A model generated the notes under the pieces. It searched no databases. It was not told where the DNA came from and worked only from the letters and a program-made list of their open reading frames with translations. Positions 1 to 11,291 of a DNA stretch of 64,000 nucleotides are shown one piece after another. Numbering within the stretch: the first letter of the stretch is position 1; every line of letters starts with the position of its first letter. A program made the position numbers and the translations under genes. The DNA comes from Marsupella aquatica (lineage: Eukaryota > Plantae > Marchantiophyta), in NCBI GenBank assembly GCA_973895155.1, contig OZ316893.1:22417844-22481843 (forward strand), in the 5' to 3' direction.

Positions 1-1480
1 AACCCTGACACGTCAACATACACATGGAACTCCTTGTTCCAGTCTGGAGTGACCATGATAGGTGCGGTGGTGAGTCTTTTACGGAGTTCTTCGAAAGCAA
101 CCCATCTCCTTGGGGTCTCCTCGATCACCGCATCCTTTTTCATCATCTCTGTTAGGGGCAAAGCTATTTTAGCAAAAATTTTAATGAACCGACGGTAATA
201 CCCTACGCAGCCCAAGAAGGATCGTACTGCTTTTTGATCCACGGGGAACACCACTGCCATCCAGGCCGCAACTTTCTCTTGGTCCACCTCAATGCCCCGT
301 TTGGACACACGATGCCCGAGTAACACCCCCTCCTCTACCCCGAAGAAGCATTTGGCGGGATGTAGTTTGAGGTTAACATCTCGGCATCATTGCAACATTC
401 GTCTTAGGTGTTCGAGGTGCATGGCAACGGTTCCGAAGATGGCAAAGTCATCGATAAATATCTCCAGAAATTCCCGTAGGAAATCGTGGAAGATATTCAT
501 CATCAGGCGCTGAAACATGGCCGGGGTGTTACACAAACCGAAAGGCATCCTCCGAAATGCGAAAGTCCCCCACTCCGTAGTGAAAGTTGTTTTGAGCTGA
601 TCCGCGAGGCGAATCCAGATTTGGTTATAACCTGAATACCCGTCAAGAAATGTATAGATTTCATTTCGGGCTACCATATCTAGAACCATATCCGTGAATG
701 GTAATGGGTAATGGTCTTTTCGGGTTGCGTCGTTCAGCTTACGGTAGTCCTGACAAATACGAATCTTAGGTTTCCCATCCGTACCTCCCTTCTTTGGTAC
801 AATGACAATGGGAGAGACCCAATCGCTGGCCATTACCGGGTAGATGATATCGGCGGCGAGGAGACGATCAATTTCCTCCTTCACTAAGATGGAGTACCTC
901 GGGTTCATGCGACGTTGTCGCTGCCGTACCGCATGGGCTCCTAGGTTCAGATCGATCGTGTGTTCTCCCAACTCGGGGGAGACGCTTGTTAAATCATGAT
1001 GACTCCATGCAAACACATCTTCATATTCCTTGAGCAAAGCTTGGATGGATTTTTCAGCCTCCCCTGTCAGAGCGTGGCCCAGGTTAAAAGATTTGTCCAT
1101 CCCAATGGTGTACTTCCGGTAGTGCTCCTTCCTGATGACTTCAACCTGGTTTCGCAGGCTCGGGTCCAGGCTCGCATCAAGCTCAACTAGCCAAACTCCT
1201 CCGTACATGGGTGGAACCGGGATTGGTCTCGGGACTGGAGTTACTTCCTCCAATTGCGGAATGGACAGATCCCATGAGACTCGTTTCTTATGTCTCGGTC
1301 TCGAGTTTTTGGCCTCGGGCGGTTGTTGGGCTGGTTCGTGGTCACGAGGCTCTGCAACGGTAGAAGCAGCCTCGGCTCCCTGCTTAGCTGGAGCCGCGTC
1401 CTCTGTCTCGATGAGTTGTTCGTGCGTTTCCTCATCCCCGGCAGTAGATGTGCTTGGGGTGGACTCAATGGCAGCCCTCG
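1..1480 (-). mobile_element. Ty3/gypsy (Athila/Tat-like) pol fragment: reverse transcriptase and start of RNase H, with a premature stop; runs off the left window edge
   Basis: ORF 387..1511 has the RT motifs WVSPIVIVPKK, RICQDYRKLN, DHYPLP, LDGYSGYNQI, KTTFTTEWGTF, MPFGLCN and IFIDD. The frame continues past the TGA at 387 as CRDVNLKLHPAKCFFG...VRSFLGCVGYYRRFI...PDWNKEFHVYVDVSG. Confidence 0.95.
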
Positions 1481-4102
1481 GGTAATTTATCTTTCGTGAA
1501 CACACTCTCAAAGAAGTCCATTACACTGGACTCAACAAAAATATGCCTAGAAGTCTTAGACTTGAACTGTCCAACATCTCGTTGAACACCAGTAGAAGCG
1601 ACCGAATCCCGAGAGGAAAATCCATGATCCGAAGATTTCTTTTTCTTTTTCTTTGTGCTGGTGGCATCTGCAGGTCGCACCATCTTCTCCGTGTTGGGAG
1701 GAGTCTGTTCATCAGAGACATCTTGTTCCCCCGTATCAGCTTCAGAGACTCCAGGAGTGACAGTCGTCTTTGCATCTTGTGTTTCTTCTCCATCTGATTT
1801 CCGTCCACCTAGAAAAAGATATAAAAATTTCCAAGATTAAGGTCCACATAACACCAGCGCCGGGCGCTAACCAAATTTCCCTACCGGGTGCTAACCAAAT
1901 AGGCAACTTGATCTGCAGCGCTCGTAAAAAAATACAGAATGCCAAGGGAAAATAACACCAGCGCCGGGCGCTAACCAAACTTCACAAAAATCAAGCAATA
2001 AAGGGACACCAACATATGTGGCGCTAAACAAAAAGTCACCCAAATATCCAAACTATTGAAGGGAAATTACAGAATGCTAATGAAAAATAGAAGAACCTCA
2101 CGTTTCTTGGATCTCGTTGATGGGCTGGTTACTCCAGTTTCTACTTTTGCTTTCGCCCGGGGTTTTCGATTCCTGACTACATGCAAAACTTCTGTTTCGC
2201 AATGTTTTTGCAGCTCGCTCGCCGAGGCATCTACATCTTCCGATAAACCTTGTTTCATTTCAGAGAGAACTTTCCGAGGCACTAAAGACTTTGATAATTT
2301 CAGAAATGCATCCTTTTCAGCTTCATCGAAAGGGGTGTCCCACTTATCTGTGTCAAGATACCATGGACAGTGGGTTATCTCCCACAATGAAATTTCTCAT
2401 GGTGGAATGTCCCCTTCGGCAGGGTACATAGAGTAAACTTTGCTAGAAGCATCCCCCTCTAGAACGGACCATTTCTGGAATGCAGGAGGGTAAGCCCAAA
2501 AATACTCTAGAGAACTGGTCTCCATCGCCATGTAGAAGCGATACAGATATCTCTTGGCTCGCTTCTGGTTGCGAATGGTATAGTCTTCCTTGTCTCCATA
2601 CTTGGACTGCCAAATTGTGCTAAAAAACTTCGCCTTCACTGTTTCACCTTATGTCTTGAAATCATTGGTGATGTTCAAGACCAATGCTTCAAACGTCTCC
2701 ACTCCTCCTAGCGATAGACGATCAGTAGGTAGGATCGATTGGACTTGCGAAAGAGATGTCTGTAACATTGCAATTGCAATTCCTTCCACCAAACTCCACA
2801 TGTGCCATGTATGACACCACTGTTTAACAGGGTCATCATTCACACTCGGGGGATGGTAAAATTGTTTTCTGAGCTCGGGTGTACAGTGAGCGACAAGAAG
2901 AGTACAGCGCAATTGTGGATCCAAGTAGGAGACAGCAGTGAATAGACGCGCGCGGTCCATTGTACATACTACAAAGTCCGGCTTCTTTTCTCGTTTGTTC
3001 CTCTCCGTAAGAATGTACATTTATGCACAAGTTGACAGAAAATCACCAAACTCTGGGCTTATCAGGGGGTAATCTTGGATGTCTTTATGCTCCACTCCTT
3101 CGTTGCCTCCTTCATCATGGCAGCATACCGCTTACCAGTCTCTTCAGATGACCACGGGCAACCTTGACTTGCCGCAGCAGCCAAGTCAAGCTTAAATTGA
3201 AGTGAATATGACTTAATCTTGTTTTCACACAAGATGTAAACCAATGCTTCCAATGGCATTTGCTTGGTATACCAAGACCCCTTTCTTGTTTTGGCACGAA
3301 CAGTTTGAAATCGCTTGAAGCTTCCGAGATCGATGATCGGCTTGTAGGCCTCCAAGTCATGAGTTAAAATCCTATTGATTCTATCGGCATCGAGAATCCA
3401 CGATGGTTCCACCACAGCTTGCCCTAACCTGTAAGATATAATGGCAAATATTAGCGCCTAGCGCTAACTAACCTTGCAAAAATCAAGCGCAATTGACCAA
3501 ATTCAATAGCGTTTATGCAACTTGAGGAATACTTACTGGTTCACCGTGTGCATAGCCGCTTCAAGCTCAACAAGAGAACCTCGATCTCCCTTAAAAACAG
3601 TGCATTGAACACACGGATGGTACTTGATATTGTCTGGATTCTCATTTGTTACTTGGGTCCACGAGTAGAGTCGATGATTCCCGTCAAAAACACAGAACAT
3701 CTTATCCTTCAGAATGTGGAAATCTGGATCAGTAGCACATTCTGCTTCAAACAAGTCGTTCTGGGCAACCCAAATAGCATCCCAGGTCTCCCGAATTTCA
3801 GGCGTGCAGAATTGAACGACTCCTTCTGAATCCGTGGGCTGGACGTAAAACCGCATCCCAATTGAAGAGTTGTACCTAGAGCTCCGAAACGAATCCTTGA
3901 GCTTATCGATAGATGCACTATTTTTCTGTAAAGTCCGAACGATTTCCATGTGAACAAGCCGACAAAGAGGGATACGCGACGGCTCTTTCTTCTCCCCTCT
4001 GAAATCGACTCCAAACGACATTGCATATTTCTCGATCACAGCATCCATGGACAGGACTCCCTCGCCCCCGTCCTCCATCGCAAAATCTCCGTAAGACTCC
4101 AT
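1480..4102 (-). pseudogene. Multi-exon gene with an N-terminal ParB/Srx-like domain; internal stops; 3' end truncated against the gypsy fragment
   Basis: Exon ~4102-3536 encodes IPLCRLVHMEIVRTLQ...IDKLKDSF...MFCVFDGNHRLYSW...PCVQCTVF, a ParB N-terminal pattern with the GxHR motif. GT-AG introns are visible at ~3535-3430 and ~2098-1809. ORFs 3062..3415, 2649..3020, 2397..2639, 2067..2387 and 1465..1683 are collinear on the same strand, and the middle three share one frame broken by single stops. Confidence 0.7.
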
Positions 4103-4283
4103 GATGCCTCATTTTGGCTTTGGAATCGCCTGACTAATGTTTCGCAAAGAGTTCGACGCACACGAACGAGTGACTCTCCGAGTATAAACTGATCCGGAGA
4201 ATGAGGACTCAGATGTTTCAGAATGGCCAGGAGAATGATTCTCCATGTTTGTTTAAGATGCATACACACGGGGAACTCGCACC

Positions 4284-4338
4284 GCAACGTGCTTCTTGCA
4301 TGATGCAACGTGCTTCTTGCGTGATGCAACGTTTCTTG
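4284..4338. repeat. 21-bp tandem repeat, about 2.6 copies (GCAACGTGCTTCTTGCRTGAT)
   Basis: Read directly upstream of the ParB-like ATG. Confidence 0.85.
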
Positions 4339-5500
4339 TGGTGCTGTACCGATATGGACAAATGATTGACAACGATCCTAAACGTGCGCAGAGGTCGTTC
4401 TAACGATCAAGGAAGACACTATCGCGAAAAGATCTTATCTGATATACCCTGTGGCAGACCGACATGTATCACAAGTACACATCGAAAAGCACAAGCATCC
4501 AAAAGCAGACCTACTAAAGGTTGACACTTGTCACATTTTAACTAGTTTATAGGTACTCGTGAATATATTTATCCAAGAATTTGTTATAAATTGTAACAAT
4601 AAACAGTCAAAGTTACCGTTTAAAAAGACCGTTTATGTCAGTATTCTACTTCAATCTAATATTAGCGCCTAGCACTATTATTATGCTAGACTGAAATATG
4701 TCTTTAAATGAAGGATTTTAATAATAGCGCCTGGCGCTAGTAACATTGTACTAAAAAATCATGCGAATGAATGGACTGAAGCGTGAAAGATTTTGTAATA
4801 AACGGATCCTATTTCTACAAAGTTTATGAAAGTCCCAGGCGCTATTTTTCTTTTAGTCTCAAATAGGGCTCAAATGTGTAGATATCAATAATAGCGCCCG
4901 GCGCTAGTAACGAGGCACCTCAAAATGGTAGATGTTTGGACACAAAATGTGTAAGTTTCTATAAATAATGTTCGAGTTCATCTTGAAAATTTTATGACTT
5001 TTATGATAGCGCCTGGCGCTATTATTATGATATCTTGTACTCGATCTCAAATGGATCTATTTTAATATTAGCAGAGGGTAATATTGTCGTCTGACATAAA
5101 TAAGGGGGTATTTCCAAGGAAACCCAATATATTCCCAGGAAACCCAACACCTGTCGTAGGATGTTAACCTGTGTCAGTAACCAAAATGGTCGATGATCTT
5201 TGCTTTTGTTGTTCATTTTTTGGGCTATTTCAGATGTGGACATTGCTAGCGCCTGGCGCTACTAAATTACCCCGTTGGTTACAACATCAAAACCATTAAT
5301 TAAATAGTAACTTTCCGCCGAATTGATGGTTTTGTCATTTCTTGAACGGTAAGAAAATCCGTACCCAACGGATCCTATAACCGCTCGATGGCTCTTTCCG
5401 TTTGAGACTTGGATTTAGAAGAAACCCTCAACCATACAATCTAGCTTCAGTTTACCATGTATCACTATTTTATGTAGTCGGTTATCTTTGGGGAGCTAGA

Positions 5501-8500
5501 ATGTCTTGCATTATTGGAATAACGTGTCCGAATATAGGTGACGTTGTGACGATCCCTGTGTCGATTTCCGAAACCAAGAAACGTGTTAGTGATAATTACC
5601 TGTGTGGAAGATTTGGGGTGACTAGAAAACATATTTTGAGTATCAGAACTTTGAACGATGGGCCCGCTCATTTTGATACTGAAGCGGAGGACGTTGTTTG
5701 GAATCTCGAATATGGCGTGGAGTACTTGATTTTCATTCAACTAAGGGACATCGTTCATGTCAAGGTCGAGAGTCACCAGGTCGCTCACGATGTGATTGAC
5801 CTTACGTCCGATGCTGAATGCTCTGAGGGTTCTCCACCAATCTCAAAGGGCGGTGAGGTCAATAAGGAGGGTGGAAGTACCAGTTTGTTGACGCCCCAGG
5901 TACCCCCCGTATTGATTTCTTCGGAGGAGTCTGATGATGGAGACACTCTAACTCGTCCTGTTCTGGTTGTGTACAGAAGAAGTGCACTTGATGCCTTGTT
6001 GAAGTCAACTGGACAAAGTGAGTTAGCGCGCTTTGTTAGGTCCGAGGCATTCATTCACAAACAGGTTGAATGCTTACCTGTCGAGTACAATGGGAATACC
6101 ATATTTGAGCTTCCACCTGTTCAAGGTGTTGGCTCGAAAGGGGATCGTCTGCGAAACATGGATCGATGCAAGGACTGCTACCTTTGGACTAGAATCCTTC
6201 CTACTTCTGCTAATGTCGTTCCAAAAAAGATGTGGGAGTTTGGGAAAGTAAGCTGTAGTGGTTCTCTCGAATGCCGAAATAGAGCATGTGAGTTTTACAC
6301 CAGGACTCAAGTCAGAAACTGTAATGGATGGGATGGGACCCCCAAGCTCTCTGGTTAGCATTGTCCTGGAAGTTTTATCGATGCTGGAGGAATTGTTTGT
6401 CGCTATTGCCTTCAAGTTCCATTTTGTGTTGAGTCTTGTCCAGCAAAAATGTTTTATATGTACCCGCAAGTTTTGATAGAAAATGACACTGCAAAACACA
6501 TGTCACGACTTGCAATCCATGTGGGAGTGCACAACCATCCATGTAGGAAGGTCTGGTCTAGAACTGCTGAGAAAATAGCAATAGAAGAAATACGGAGACA
6601 GCATGAGAAGTCTCCTTCTTCTACACCGTGCATTTTGAAAAATGAGATCACTGGATCTTTAATGGATGCCGTAGGTGAGTCTATGGATGACATTTCAAAG
6701 CTAGAAGAATCAGAAATCTGGAAATCACTTATGCTCGTTTCAACGCCTCAGAAGTTTTCTGCATTATTTAAGAGCGTTCGCAAAGATCAGGTTGGTCGAG
6801 GTGATTTGGAATATCTAGTTCACATGCAGAAGAATGTTACGTTTCCTTTTCTCCAAAGATATCTTCTTCCTGGGCAGGGCTGGAAAGGTGATAGAGCGCA
6901 TATTTTCAAAATGACTATCAAAGGTCATGGATTGGGACTAGATTTACTGCGTCAGATGAAGAAAGGGGGGCCTCTAGAAGGAGCATGGGTGAGCTTTGAC
7001 GTGATGAAAAGGATGTCCAAAGAATGGAGTACTTTTAGTGCACATGTGTATGACCATAACTATCGAGCTTTGTGCACAATATTTACTTGTGAACTCAAAG
7101 CAGAGGACACTACATCGCTTGAGAAAGCTTGGAGGTTGATGATCGAAGTCACTTTGGAGAACGGTTTAAACGGTGTGGAAATCCATGGTTTCATGGCGGA
7201 TAACGCTCAGGCGGGATGGATAGCGGTTAGGAATGTCTTCTTTGACGGCCATCCAAACCCGGAGAGAGAGCGATCAGATGCATTCCACTTTTATCAGTCT
7301 TTGCATCGGCACTCTATCGAAGGAGTACTTGAAGAAAAACGTGTTGAACATAGAATCCTTTGGGACAAGTTGCGGAATGCCGCTTCATTTGTGGAAGCCT
7401 ACAGGGTTTCACGAGAGATTGATTCATGGTGGAGATGTGGGAATTGTATTCCTGGGAAACTTAGAATGTTGCAAGGATGGATCGCTTGGTGGGTTGTGAG
7501 GTGGCGTCAGTGGGGAAATTTCATTCGTTTGGTGAGTCAATGTATACTAGCGCCTGGCGCTAGTATTAATATCCCTTTTCTAATTGTGATATTTACTGAT
7601 GTTTTTGCTAGCGCCGGGCGCTAACGTACGAATGACTTGATAGCTTCTTCAATCTTTACAATCATCATGAAAACATTCATATCTTTCGTCCGCCCATTTT
7701 GAAGTTCCGCTTTTTTATTCGATATATTGTACTGAATTTGGAAAACTCTTTTCAGAGCAAAAGTGCACTTGAAGGGGGGATGATTCCCAATTGCACTGGT
7801 TCTGAAGCTGTTCACGGAATCATGAAAGCATGGCAGGGAAAGAAAACAGTTGGTTTGTTCGAAGGATGTAAGACCAATCACAACAGAGCAATCTCACAAA
7901 TAGCAGCCTATAAAGCATATCGTGAAGGGCTCCATCGGGGTACCGGTCCAACAGTGTTTGAATTGGCTTTTCGTTTGGCTGACCAGGCAGGGTCCCCGAA
8001 ACTCTTCGAAGAAGCCTCTAATATGTTACTCGCAAATGCAGCAGAATTTGATTTGGAGAGGGATTCTCCGTTGAATGGGGATTTTGTGACAAAGTCTATG
8101 AAAAGAAAAGGTCCGGCGACCAGGAATGTCTCTCCACAAGACTCCCATCGACATGACACTGTTCTCATAACTACGCCAAACACCCGAGGTTGCAAGAGGA
8201 GAAATTTGACCTCAGCCGAGTTTGAGCACATTCCGATACTTAGAACTCCTCCTTCGAATCCAGTTATCGATTTGTCTGAAAGTGGCTCTCCAGTTTCCCA
8301 TCATGTCACTCAATCTTCTGAAGTTCCAGAAAGTGTTCCGAACACCACTCCATTCATTCCTGTAGACACTTCGCTTTTTGAAGTGGACGTTGTACCCGGG
8401 TCGTGGCATTTGCGGAGAGTTTCCAGAAATGGTGTTGGACCACAGTGTAATGGGACGTTGTCTGGAAGTTGTGATCGAGATGAGTGTCGTAATCAAATTA

Positions 8501-9249
8501 AGAAGGTCGGATATCCTTCAAATGCAGGGGTTGTCGGAATAGTCGTCAAAGGTTACCGCTTATTCAGAGGTGAACACCATCCAGAGCTTGTCTGGTTCTG
8601 CCCCACTCGTGATTGCTGGAAGAGCCACCCTCGTCGAGGTATTGTGAACCTCCCTACTTGCCCAGACTTTTTGCCAATACAGAAAGGCACTCATCTTTCA
8701 AGTCTGGAGTTGAATTTCCTTCACGAGCAGGGCATTGAAGTCTCGAGAGGAGGTGCTATTTCACGTTGTCCTTCTCCATTTGAACTGAGAATCAACATTG
8801 ACATTTTCCCTAAAAAGATCAATCTTGCACAAGTCAACATCCGTTTTCGAACGAGAAATGGGCGTGCGATGAGCTCCAGATCAAATCTCACTCAGGAATA
8901 TCATAAAAGGATTGAATCAGCAACGAAAGAAACAATGACTTTGATCAAAACTATGGAAGTTTCATCGGGAAATTCATACGGGAAACGATTCCAGATACGC
9001 ACACATGCACATTTATGAACTGCAAATACTTACTGGGTGCAGATTTGCATTTTCCCTTGTTGCTCTTGTGAAGATTTCTTTCGTCGACATTCTCGAGGGA
9101 AACCTTTCATGCCATGTAAACACTTGTACTGGGTTTACAAAGTTATCTACAAGCTTGATCCTGTGGATAATATCCTCCCAAGCCAACCAATTCTTACCAT
9201 TGCGGAACTGCGTTATATTCTAGCGAGGCATAATGATGCTGGTTTATAG
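5501..9249 (+). mobile_element. Mutator-like (MULE) DDE transposase pseudogene with GCM-like Zn domain and C-terminal SWIM finger
   Basis: ORFs 5402..6358 and 6449..7624 are one frame split by a TAG. GCM/WRKY-like C and H pattern: SCSGSLECRNRAC...CRYC...C...HVGVHNHP. Candidate catalytic residues FDVMKR, FMADNA and GSEAVH, plus the MULE-type DAFHFYQS. Intron 7532-7755 (GTGAGT...TTTCAG). Frameshift near 9018, then SWIM CCSCEDF...PCKHLYWV. Confidence 0.8.
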
Positions 9250-9875
9250 GAAGGCTTAGTATTCTAGTTTACGTTCAACGGGTATGTAGGACTTGTCGTT
9301 TCGTAACGGTAACTTTGTTTTGGTTAGCGCTCGGCGCTAGTAAACAACATTTGGTTGCTTTTCAACACAGCTGAATCTTTTGTGGGTTGCACAAAAACTT
9401 AATTTGTTTTTACAATTTTTTGGATGTGTAAATTTCATTGTATGGGTAATGGAGATTTCTTTGTATTCATTTGTCACTTGGACTTCAATTTTGTTAGCGC
9501 CCGGCACTAGACTTCATTTCCGTACTTGGTTTCAGTTTGTAGTTTCTAGGTTTGAACGTGTGGATTTCTTTCGCATGCATTCTCGAGGATGACCTTTTCT
9601 TGCCTTAGAAACCGTTATCCTCTGATCATTCCGGTAGATGGTGAGCGGGTATTTGTTAATGATATTTTGTAATGGTATCAAACGCTTGGTTAGGACTAAG
9701 CGCTAGTAAAGGCATCTTCCGATAATTGTCGTTTTCCCCATCTTTTTGAGTTGATGTTGAATTTGACCTCTTTGGTTTGGTCCAAAATTAAGCCGTTTTT
9801 TCTCAATGATAATACCAATTCTCCTGTTTTGTTCAACTATTTTTCCTGTTATGATCATCACTGTTTCCTGTTTCC

Positions 9876-11291
9876 TGTCACGGAGGTCGGGCCCTTAGTT
9901 AAGGTTGGTGATATATACACCCTGGGCCCTCACTCTTACTATATTAAGTGAACCCCCCTGAGAACATACACCCCCCGTGTACCCCTTCTTAATATTTTTG
10001 TTCACAAAAAAAATCTCCTTGTTAATGTAAAAATATTAACTTTTCCTATTAAATTTCATCCTTTTGTAAATTATAATAGAGTTTTTCAAGGAATTGAAAA
10101 CACCCTTGAATTTTTAAAATTGCAAATATCATACTGAAATAGATGAGACTGCATAGGGGACTTGTATGGCTGTTACGCCCAATGTTCAGGATACATACAA
10201 GAATACACTACAAGAATAGTTCTTCCTATAGTATACAAAGAGGCATGCACTCTCCTCTTAGTGTTTGCAACAGTGCCTCTAAACTTCTAGTTTCATGAGT
10301 ACTATATGTATAATTGAGGAATAATACTCCAAAGTCTGAACCAACTATAACAAACATTGGTTGAGCACCCGATACCCCCCTACACACGCAAACACATCTA
10401 GCCTCATACCTGGCTGTTTGATTCAAGAGAATTCAAAAGTAATCTTGTCCGTCCATGTGGGGTTGATCCATGAATCCCCATCAATCCCAGATTCCCAACA
10501 TGTACTCAACTCCCGACTTAACTCCTAAACATGTGGGTAAACATGTCTACCCAAAACCATTTGTCCCACCATAAAGGGTCCCACAAAACTAAACTTGCCT
10601 TAAGACAACAAATAATTAAATGTCTGATTTACTATATGAACACGTGTGCAAATGAGGTGATGAGTGTATGTGTCCCAACCATATAGTGACGTGTGTACTT
10701 GGCATTTTGGGTACCCTTGTGTAAGAATAATGTGACATGTATTTGATAAGAGCCTTATTACTAATATTGTGATGAATGTATATACAGGGATGTTGCCTAC
10801 TTTAAAAATTATTATAAAACTTTGTTTGTATTACATTAAAAATACCCATGCGTTGTTCGCACGTCCTCCTTGTATTAGTAATGCTGAGGGCCCAGGGTAT
10901 ATACAAGGCATGTCCTTAAGCACTTAGGCCCAAAAGTAGGATGTCGCCCGGTCCTTCTTAAGTATACTCTTATCATGAACCCTTGTAAGACTTTGTACTA
11001 TACTAGTCTTTGTGTGGACCTTTAGAGTGATTCCAAGAACAAAACCCATGATGTCCTAGAGTGTTCACCTTCACAAAGTAGCAAGGTTACTTTTCATAGT
11101 CTTTAACTAAACCGGAAAACACTGAAAGTCTTTTATAGTCTTTAACAAAACCTTGGCAATGGGTGCGAGTCATTTAAAGTATGGAAGAAGGACTTAGTGG
11201 GCTTAGTCCTATAAGGTATGGTCTAAATTACCCTGGTTTCTACTAGTGGCAATATGTTATTGTTGATTCCACCTCAGTGCGGTTCTTGACA
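9876..11291. mobile_element. Possible LTR remnant (TGTCAC...TTGACA) interrupted by the 978-bp element
   Basis: TGTCA/TGACA inverted ends typical of LTRs; no matching TSD found. Confidence 0.25.
9920..10897. mobile_element. 978-bp non-autonomous deletion derivative (MITE-like) of the P-like element
   Basis: TIRs CCCTGGGCCCTCA...TGAGGGCCCAGGG and a perfect 8-bp TSD TATATACA (9912-9919, 10898-10905). The 200-290-bp subterminal regions match 11761-~11975 and ~26045-26328. ORF 10226..10426 (GAQPMFVIVGSDFGVLFL) matches the transposase segment GAQTMFVTVGSDCGVLFL. Confidence 0.93.

Larger units (their letters stand above)
1856..9705. repeat. Dispersed 15-bp palindrome TAGCGCC(T/C/G)GGCGCTA, about 12 full or near-full copies plus half-sites
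   Basis: Copies read at 1856-1868 and 1960-1972 (AGCGCCGGGCGCT), 3452-3466, 4663-4677, 4725-4739, 4892-4906, 5007-5021, 5247-5261, 7548-7562, 7609-7623, 9325-9339 and 9495-9509. Degenerate or half sites at ~1881, ~2019, ~4835 and 9691-9705. Confidence 0.95.

Noticed and set aside
1465-1683. DNA methyltransferase domain at the end of the ParB-like gene
   Set aside because: No DPPY/SPPY/FxGxG motif is present in the window; kept only as a hypothesis.
3533-4102. Bacterial contamination or a plasmid partition operon
   Set aside because: The ParB-like gene has GT-AG introns, there is no ParA partner, and it is embedded among plant transposons.
4663-5261. Palindrome series as a CRISPR array or bacterial REP elements
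   Set aside because: Spacing is irregular (about 60-240 bp), the unit is only 15 bp, and copies also lie in spliceosomal introns.
1480-9875. TIRs and TSD for the Mutator-like element
   Set aside because: None found. The left end appears deleted and the right end is obscured by later insertions, so the element limits are inferred from the palindrome distribution only.
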